Shown here: positions 10,501 to 16,871 of the stretch, piece after piece
Position numbering within the stretch: the stretch's first letter is position 1
How the letters are laid out: each line of letters opens with the position of its first letter
Source of the DNA: an uncultured virus (IMG/VR IMGVR_UViG_3300020182_000026)
Taxonomy: Duplodnaviria > Heunggongvirae > Uroviricota > Caudoviricetes
Reading direction: 5' to 3' (one strand)
Length of the DNA stretch: 20,000 bases
IMG/VR virus record: IMGVR_UViG_3300020182_000026
Location: 52,894-72,893 of that record
Position numbers and translations under genes: made by a program
Notes under the pieces: model-generated
Databases searched by the model: none
Told to the model about the DNA's origin: nothing
What the model saw: the letters and a program-made list of their open reading frames with translations, nothing else

Positions 10501-10903
10501 TGGACATGAAATTGAAGCTACGTTTGCTGACCTTGCAGAACGCTATGCGTCCGATGCTCCGTATACAGTCGGCACTGTTGTTATATATGGCGGTGAAGCA
10601 GAAATCACAACAACAGTAGATGAAATGGATGTTTCTGTAGCTGGTATTATATCTGGTTCACCTGCACTTAAAATGAATTCAGCAGCAGGTAATTCACAAA
10701 CTCACCCATATGTTGCCCTTAAAGGTCGAGTCCCTTGTCAGGTAATTGGACCAGTAACAAAGGGTGATTTGTTAGTGACATCATCAACTCCAGGCTTTGC
10801 GAAATCAGTAGGCAAACGAGATTTAGGTCTAGCTGTACTTGCTAAAGCACTCGAAACTAATTTAGATGACGGTAGAAAAATGGTTGAAGTTGCGGTTGTT
10901 TAG
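7517..10903 (+). CDS. Long virion fibre protein (1128 aa) with nine DLxEGxxNLY[YFWH]T repeats and C-terminal Peptidase_G2-like chaperone
   Basis: Repeated TDDLSEGxxNLYFTDER motif; two GNLTVxG..TV..ET modules; VTMNGVTQMPGSDYSV domain; C-terminal FADLAERY...ALKGRVPCQVIG..KGDLL. Confidence 0.8.
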   Translation: MSITKVSKFVLEDNSVSLSKLDTTSAFEGQILAVGAGNTLQFEDKLVTEDVEDIVAGLILRGNHTNISVSYVDGTNQLNLNASGAVTSVNTQTGAVVLDTDNINEGAGNLYYTDARFNTALGLKTTDNLSEGTLNLYFTDQRVHDAISVTDLSGDGSLTYSNGIITYTGPSANEVRAHFSAGTGVSISNGEISIGQDVSPSSNVVFNDINATNNVIIDGNLTVSGTTTTVFSETTRINENLLYLNEGGETTITGAVGNGTTVTYTADNTYSLGYTVDITGVNPSSFNIEDGIVTAADATSFTITSSVTDTYVSGGESYGHAHVNADLGWVGAYDDGTYAHSGLFRDASDGVFKIFDSYTVEPSDSSNINIAHASYNSASMLVDNLTAEGNISATNISGDGTNITNVLTNYTTTNLVEGTNLYFTDERVDDRVAALMTPGTNITMQYDDIAGTFTINANGLTGNTTDDLLEGASNLYHTNERVDDRVADLLVAGNNITLTYNDTAGTITIDGIEDDFSNNTTDNLSEGATNLYFTDERAQDAVASALVAGTNTNIVYDDNANTITISATPTGGFDLSQNTTDDLTEGSTNLYYTDARVREALTVVDTSEFDTFSFDENTGVISHQGVSTSDIRQTLTGGTGVIYNNTTGEISIGQDVGIAADVQFANMVLTGNLTVTGAYTVVNTETINLADNILLLNSNETGVPTQSGGIEIERGTDLNVSFLWNEGSDYWSLGAENLFTSGTFLGDLQGNVIGNVTGQITDISNHVTDDLSEGFSNLYWTDTRFNDAFEGKDSDDLSEGITNLYWTIPRGRGAISATGDLTYNSGTGVVHFNLTEHTTSELPEGTNLYYTEARADTRVDVLRTDLATSGDANVHFDNISNVPAVTKDVLTGDNTNATFNLSATPGNADAVIVTMNGVTQMPGSDYSVTGSTITFTTTPPAGQIILVRHVGYQIVGSVADNDLSLTGGTMSGSILVNADNQYDLGSTTNQWRTIYGHEIEATFADLAERYASDAPYTVGTVVIYGGEAEITTTVDEMDVSVAGIISGSPALKMNSAAGNSQTHPYVALKGRVPCQVIGPVTKGDLLVTSSTPGFAKSVGKRDLGLAVLAKALETNLDDGRKMVEVAVV

Positions 10904-10912
10904 TGTTATAAT
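10884..10912 (+). promoter_or_regulatory. Candidate sigma70-type promoter (TTGAAG-17 nt-TATAAT with extended -10 TG)
   Basis: TTGAAG at 10884-10889, 17-nt spacer, TG at 10904-10905, TATAAT at 10907-10912. AT-rich context lowers certainty. Confidence 0.45.
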
Positions 10913-10955
10913 ACGTTTATAAATTAACTATAAATTAAACTCAAATGGTGTTTAC

Positions 10956-10963
10956 GATAAATA
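10956..10963 (+). promoter_or_regulatory. Putative T4-type late promoter (GATAAATA) for the 1909-aa gene
   Basis: Same octamer as at 3823, intergenic, about 75 nt before the ATG. Confidence 0.65.
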
Positions 10964-11038
10964 CTATTAGATAATGCTGATCCCCTATTCCAGTGTTGTC
11001 TATAACAAATCGATTTATATATAGACGGGAGAAATAAT

Positions 11039-14000
11039 ATGGCTGCATATGCAATCCAATTCCGCCGTGGTAATACTACTCAACATAACTCTTTCACAGG
11101 TCTTCTGGGTGAGGTTACAGTTGATACAGACAAGAAAACTCTTGTCGTACACGACGGCTCAACAACAGGTGGTTTTCCACTAGCACGTGAAGGTGCTGCG
11201 TCAACGGCTTCATCAGGTTCATTTACATCAAATGTGACTATTGGTGGAACACTAGCAGTAACTTCAACTGCATCATTCTCGGATGATGTTTCAATCACAG
11301 GTGACCTAGGTATGACAGGTCACATCATTCCATCAGCAAACATTACATATGATCTAGGTTCAATGACACATATGTGGCGCGATGTGTATGTTGGTCCTGG
11401 CTCACTTTATGTTAACGGTAAAAAAGTTATCGAAGACAATGCTGGTACAATCAACATTACAACTGATATCAACCAAAACCTAAAAATTGAAACAACAGGT
11501 ACTGGTACTCTACAACTTTCATCAGCATCAGGTATTTCTGTAAATGGTGAAGTAAATGCACTAACAGGCGATCTACATTTTGGCGATCACCTAGATATGA
11601 ATTCAAATCGTATCAAAAACGTTTCAGCACCGGTAGACGGCGCAGATTCAGCAAACAAAACATATGTTGATTCAGCAATCTCATCTGGTCTGTCAGGCGG
11701 CACACTAGCAGTTGACGCAACAACAGGTGACTTCTCAGGCGATGTTACAGTTGGTGGTTCACTAACAGTTACAGGTACAGTAACAACAGTTAACTCAGAG
11801 ACAATTGAACTAGCAGATAACATTCTTCTACTAAATTCAAATACTCTAGGTGCCGCATCACAATCAGGTGGTATCGAAGTAGAACGCGGCGATGATCTAA
11901 ACGTTCAGCTACTTTGGGACGAAACAAACGACCGTTGGAGTGTAGGCGCAGAAGACTTTAAAGCGGCTAACTTTATTGGTGACCTAACGGGTGATGTAAC
12001 TGGTACAGTCTCTTCATTATTAAATCATGATACTGATGACCTAGCAGAAACAGGTACAAACCGCTACTTCACACCATCACGTGAGGCGGCAGTAAATGCA
12101 TATGCAGACCAAGCAGAAGTAGATGCAACAGCAGCAGCAAACACATACACAGACACACGTGAAACTGCAATTACATCAGCATACCAGTCATATGCAGATA
12201 CGACAGGATCAGATGCAGTTGCATCAGCAGAAGCAAAAGATCAAGCACGTGCTGTAGCAGCAAATGCATACGCAGACCAAGCAGAAGCAGATGCAATCGC
12301 ATCAGCAAACGCATATACAGACCAAGCAGAAGCAGATGCGGTAGCATCAGCAAACGCATATACAGACCAAGCAGAAGCAGATGCGGTAGCATCAGCAAAC
12401 GCATACGCAGACCAAGCAGAAGCAGATGCAGTTGCATCAGCAGAAGCAAAAGACGTGGTACGTGCAGCAGCAGCAAATGCATACGCAGACCAAGCAGAAG
12501 CAGATGCAATCGCATCAGCGGAAGCAAAAGACGTAGTACGTGCAACAGCAGCAAATGCATATGCAGACCAAGCAGAAGCAGATGCAAACGCATATACTGA
12601 TACACGTGAAACTGCAATTACATCAGCATACCAGTCATATGCGGACCAAGCAGAAGCAGATGCGGTAGCATCAGCAAACGCATACGCAGACCAAGCAGAA
12701 GCAGATGCAATCGCATCGGCAGAAGCTAAAGATGTAGTACGTGCAACAGCAGCAAATGCATACGCAGACCAAGCAGAAGCAGATGCAATCGCATCAGCGG
12801 AAGCAAAAGACGTAGTACGTGCGGCAGCAGCGGCATTAGACGCAACTACTAAAGCAGACCAAGCACTAGTAGACGCTAAAACATATGCAGATACAGCAGA
12901 AGCAGATGCAATTGCATCAGCAAATGCTTACACAGATGGTCGTGAAACAGCTATCACAACTGCTTATCAGTCATATTCAGATGTACAAAAAGCACGTGTC
13001 GATGCTATCCTATCAGCATCAAGTGCAGACAAAGATACGTTTGCAGAAATCGTTACATTTGTTAACTCAGTTGACACAACTAATGATACAGCACTAGGTA
13101 CTGAAATTACTACACGTGCCGCAGCAGATACAGCACTAAGTGGTCGTTTAGATACTATTGAAGGCTCAGGTACAGGTTCTGTAGCTAAAGCAGAAGCAGA
13201 TGCAATTGCATCAGCAGAAGCTAAAGATGTAGTACGTGCGGCAGCAGCAAATGCATATGCAGACCAAGCAGAAGCAGATGCAAACGCATATACTGATACA
13301 CGTGAAACAGCTATCACAACTGCTTACCAATCATATGCTGATACAGCAGAAGCAGATGCGGTAGCATCAGCAGAAGCAAAAGACGTAGTACGTGCAGCAG
13401 CAGCAAACGCATACGCAGACCAAGCAGAAGCAGATGCAATCGCATCGGCAGAAGCTAAAGATGTAGTACGTGCGGCAGCAGCAAACGCATATACAGACCA
13501 AGCAGAAGCAGATGCAATCGCAGAGGCAGAAGCAAAAGATGTAGTACGTGCAACAGCAGCAAACGCATATGCGGATCAAGCAGAAGCAGATGCGGTAGCA
13601 TCAGCAGAAGCAAAAGACGTAGTACGTGCGACAGCAGCGGCATTAGACGCAACTACTAAAGCAGACCAAGCAGAAGCAGATGCAATCGCAGAGGCAGAAG
13701 CTAAAGACGTGGTACGTGCAGCTGCAGCAAATGCATACGCAGACCAAGCAGAAGCGGATGCTAAAGCGTATACAGACACACGTGAAACAGCAATCACAAC
13801 TGCATACCAAGCAGCAGACTCGTCACTATCGTCAGCAATCAATACTGAAAAGTCACGTATTGATGCAATTATGTCAGCTTCAACAACAGATGCAGATACG
13901 TTCGCAGAAGTAGTATCTCTTGTTAACTCAGTAGATGCAACAAATGACTCAGTACTAGCCGGTGAAATTGCTAACCGTGCATCAGCAGATACAACACTAC

Positions 14001-16768
14001 AAACAAATATCGACAATGAAGCATCAACACGTGCATCAGCAGATACAACACTACAAACAAATATCGACAATGAAGCATCAACACGTGCATCAGCAGATAC
14101 AGCACTTGCTGGTCGTTTAGATACTGTTGAAGGTACTGGTACTGGTTCAGTAGCAAAAGCAGAAGCAGATGCAATCGCATCAGCGGAAGCAAAAGACGTA
14201 GTACGTGCGGCAGCAGCAAACGCATATGCGGATCAAGCAGAAGTAGACGCTAAAGCGTATACAGATACACGTGAAACAGCTATCACAACTGCTTACCAGT
14301 CATATGCGGACCAAGCAGAAGCAGATGCGGTAGCATCAGCAAATGCATACGCAGACCAAGCAGAAGTAGACGCAATCGCAGCGGCAGAAGCAAAAGATGT
14401 AGTACGTGCAACAGCAGCAAATGCATACGCAGACCAAGCAGAAGCAGATGCGGTAGCATCAGCAGAAGCAAAAGATGTAGTACGTGCAACAGCAGCAAAT
14501 GCATACGCAGACCAAGCAGAAGCAGACGCAATCGCATCGGCAGAAGCAAAAGACGTGGTACGTGCAGCTGCAGCAAATGCATACGCAGACCAAGCAGAAG
14601 CAGACGCTAAAGCGTATACAGATACACGTGAAACAGCTATCACAACTGCATACGAAGCGGCAGATAGCACACTTCAAACAAACATCAATACTGAAAAATC
14701 ACGTATCGATGCGATTATGTCAGCATCAACATCAGATGCCGATACGTTTGCAGAAATCGTTTCACTAGTAAACTCTGTAGATACGACAAATGATTCAGCA
14801 CTAGGTACTGAAATTGCTAATCGTACATCAGCAGATAGTACACTGCAAACAAATATCAACAATGAAGCATCGACACGTGCATCAGCAGATACAGCACTTG
14901 GCAATCGTTTAAATACAATCGAAGGCACAGGTACTGGATCAGTAGCAAAAGCACAAGCAGATGCACAATCATATGCAGACCAAGCAGAAGCAGATGCAAT
15001 CGCATCAGCAGAAGCAAAAGATGTAGTACGTGCAACAGCAGCAAACGCATATGCGGATCAAGCAGAAGCAGATGCAATCGCATCAGCAGAAGCAAAAGAC
15101 GTGGTACGTGCAGCATCAGCGGCATTAGACGCAACTACTAAAGCAGACCAAGCACTAGTAGATGCGAAAGCATATGCTGATACAGCAGAAGCAGATGCAA
15201 TTGCATCAGCAAACGCATATGCGGATCAAGCAGAAGTAGACGCTAAAGCGTATACAGATACACGTGAAACAGCTATCACAACTGCTTACCAGTCATATGC
15301 TGATACAGCAGAAGCAGATGCAATTGCATCAGCAAATGCATACGCAGACCAAGCAGAAGTAGACGCTAAAGCATATACAGATACACGTGAAACAGCAATC
15401 ACAACTGCTTACCAATCATATGCTGATACAGCAGAAGCAGATGCAATTGCATCAGCAAATGCATACGCAGACCAAGCGGAAGCAGATGCAAAAGCATATA
15501 CAGATACACGTGAAACAGCTATCACAACTGCTTATCAGTCATATTCAGATGTACAAAAAGGTCGCGTTGACGCTATCTTATCTGCATCAAGTGCAGACAA
15601 AGATACATTTGCAGAAATCGTTACATTTATCAACTCAGTTGATACAACAAACGACACAGCACTGGGTACTGAAATCACAACACGTGCCGCAGCAGACACA
15701 GCACTAAGTGGTCGCTTAGATACTATTGAAGGCTCAGGTACTGGATCAGTAGCAAAAGCACAAGCAGATGCACAATCATACGCAGACCAAGCAGAAGCAG
15801 ATGCAATCGCATCAGCAGAAGCAAAGGACGTGGTACGTGCGGCAGCAGCAAATGCATACGCAGACCAAGCAGAAGCAGATGCAATCGCAGCGGCAGAAGC
15901 AAAAGATGTAGTACGTGCAACAGCAGCAAACGCATATGCGGATCAAGCAGAAGCAGATGCAATCGCATCAGCAGAAGCAAAAGACGTGGTACGTGCGGCA
16001 GCAGCAAATGCATACGCAGACCAAGCAGAAGCAGATGCGAAAACATATGCAGATGGTATTGTGTCAACAGAAGCATCATCAAGAGCAAGTGCTGATACAG
16101 CATTAGATGGTCGTTTAGACACTCTTGAAGGCGCAGATACGGTAATAGGCTCAGTAGCAAAAGCAGAAAAAGATGCGAAGGCGTATACAGATACACGTGA
16201 AACAGCAATCACAACTGCTTACCAGTCATATGCGGACCAAGCAGAAGTAGACGCTAAAGCGTATACAGATACACGTGAAACTGCAATTACATCAGCATAT
16301 ACATCAGCTATCTCAACAGCGGTAGCAGGTAAAGACAATACTGATGAAATTACTGAAGGTACAACTAATCTATATTACACTGACGCAAGAGCAGACGCAC
16401 GTGTTGCAAACGCAACTGGTACAAACCTAAACCTTTCAGCTAAATCAACATCTGATCTATCAGAAGGTTCAAACCAATACTTCACAGACGCACGTGCAGT
16501 AGCGGCAGTTGAAACAGCATTTACACACTCTCACTCAGCGACACAAACAGTAAACGCAACAGTAGCTACAAACAACGGCACTGGCGCAGTTACTTTTGAC
16601 TTCAATGAGCTAGAAGGTGCAGTATCGTATACGGTTTATCTAAACCGTCAGATGCTACGTCCAGGCGAGTTCTCAGTAGATACAGCATCAACAACTGCTA
16701 ACCTAACAATTTCAACAGGTATCCTAGCAGAAGATGATGAACTAGAAGTAGTAACAATTAAACTATAA
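11039..16768 (+). CDS. Giant fibre protein (1909 aa): Mtd_N-like N-terminal domain, beta modules, ~1400-aa repetitive coiled-coil stalk, small C-terminal beta domain
   Basis: N-terminus IQFRRGNTTQHNSFTGLLGEVTVDTDKKTLVVHDGSTTGG matches the major-tropism-determinant N-terminal domain pattern; RIKNVSAPVDGADSANKTYVD is an adhesin-neck-like motif; Ala-rich AYADQAEADA repeats; SD GGGAG. Confidence 0.85.
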   Translation: MAAYAIQFRRGNTTQHNSFTGLLGEVTVDTDKKTLVVHDGSTTGGFPLAREGAASTASSGSFTSNVTIGGTLAVTSTASFSDDVSITGDLGMTGHIIPSANITYDLGSMTHMWRDVYVGPGSLYVNGKKVIEDNAGTINITTDINQNLKIETTGTGTLQLSSASGISVNGEVNALTGDLHFGDHLDMNSNRIKNVSAPVDGADSANKTYVDSAISSGLSGGTLAVDATTGDFSGDVTVGGSLTVTGTVTTVNSETIELADNILLLNSNTLGAASQSGGIEVERGDDLNVQLLWDETNDRWSVGAEDFKAANFIGDLTGDVTGTVSSLLNHDTDDLAETGTNRYFTPSREAAVNAYADQAEVDATAAANTYTDTRETAITSAYQSYADTTGSDAVASAEAKDQARAVAANAYADQAEADAIASANAYTDQAEADAVASANAYTDQAEADAVASANAYADQAEADAVASAEAKDVVRAAAANAYADQAEADAIASAEAKDVVRATAANAYADQAEADANAYTDTRETAITSAYQSYADQAEADAVASANAYADQAEADAIASAEAKDVVRATAANAYADQAEADAIASAEAKDVVRAAAAALDATTKADQALVDAKTYADTAEADAIASANAYTDGRETAITTAYQSYSDVQKARVDAILSASSADKDTFAEIVTFVNSVDTTNDTALGTEITTRAAADTALSGRLDTIEGSGTGSVAKAEADAIASAEAKDVVRAAAANAYADQAEADANAYTDTRETAITTAYQSYADTAEADAVASAEAKDVVRAAAANAYADQAEADAIASAEAKDVVRAAAANAYTDQAEADAIAEAEAKDVVRATAANAYADQAEADAVASAEAKDVVRATAAALDATTKADQAEADAIAEAEAKDVVRAAAANAYADQAEADAKAYTDTRETAITTAYQAADSSLSSAINTEKSRIDAIMSASTTDADTFAEVVSLVNSVDATNDSVLAGEIANRASADTTLQTNIDNEASTRASADTTLQTNIDNEASTRASADTALAGRLDTVEGTGTGSVAKAEADAIASAEAKDVVRAAAANAYADQAEVDAKAYTDTRETAITTAYQSYADQAEADAVASANAYADQAEVDAIAAAEAKDVVRATAANAYADQAEADAVASAEAKDVVRATAANAYADQAEADAIASAEAKDVVRAAAANAYADQAEADAKAYTDTRETAITTAYEAADSTLQTNINTEKSRIDAIMSASTSDADTFAEIVSLVNSVDTTNDSALGTEIANRTSADSTLQTNINNEASTRASADTALGNRLNTIEGTGTGSVAKAQADAQSYADQAEADAIASAEAKDVVRATAANAYADQAEADAIASAEAKDVVRAASAALDATTKADQALVDAKAYADTAEADAIASANAYADQAEVDAKAYTDTRETAITTAYQSYADTAEADAIASANAYADQAEVDAKAYTDTRETAITTAYQSYADTAEADAIASANAYADQAEADAKAYTDTRETAITTAYQSYSDVQKGRVDAILSASSADKDTFAEIVTFINSVDTTNDTALGTEITTRAAADTALSGRLDTIEGSGTGSVAKAQADAQSYADQAEADAIASAEAKDVVRAAAANAYADQAEADAIAAAEAKDVVRATAANAYADQAEADAIASAEAKDVVRAAAANAYADQAEADAKTYADGIVSTEASSRASADTALDGRLDTLEGADTVIGSVAKAEKDAKAYTDTRETAITTAYQSYADQAEVDAKAYTDTRETAITSAYTSAISTAVAGKDNTDEITEGTTNLYYTDARADARVANATGTNLNLSAKSTSDLSEGSNQYFTDARAVAAVETAFTHSHSATQTVNATVATNNGTGAVTFDFNELEGAVSYTVYLNRQMLRPGEFSVDTASTTANLTISTGILAEDDELEVVTIKL
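12090..16330 (+). repeat. Hierarchical in-frame coding repeat array (33-, 45-, 54- and 78-nt units) with four DTFAE nodes
   Basis: Units AYADQAEADAK/N (11 aa), AYADQAEADAIASAN and AYTDTRETAITTAYQ (15 aa), RASADTTLQTNIDNEAST (18 aa, perfect 54-nt tandem at 13976/14030) and AYADQAEADAIASAEAKDVVRAAAAN (26 aa). Boundaries approximate. Confidence 0.93.
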
Positions 16769-16850
16769 TCTAATCAAAGTTGGGGGGTTTGAACATTCCC
16801 CCCAACTGTCTTAACAAGACATGGGGATGAGAGATCCCTTCGAATTAGAT
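16768..16850 (+). other. Candidate structured intergenic RNA (closing stem plus three hairpins)
   Basis: ATCTAAT 16768-74 pairs with ATTAGAT 16844-50; AGTTGGGGGG/CCCCCCAACT; GTCTT/AAGAC; GGGAT/ATCCC. No U-tract. Confidence 0.5.
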
Positions 16851-16871
16851 AACCCTTAAAGGAGACAAAAA

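Noticed and set aside
12090..16330. CRISPR-like or non-coding repeat array
   Set aside because: Units are multiples of 3 nt, vary at synonymous positions, lack unique spacers and lie inside one open frame.
11039..16768. Diversity-generating retroelement target (Mtd_N-like domain)
   Set aside because: No reverse transcriptase, no TR/VR pair differing at adenines, and no C-type-lectin-like C-terminus in the window; Mtd_N also occurs in non-DGR fibres.
16768..16850. tRNA gene (7-bp closing stem, cloverleaf-like shape)
   Set aside because: Arm lengths are wrong, and there is no T-loop GTTCRA in position, no 7-nt anticodon loop and no CCA.
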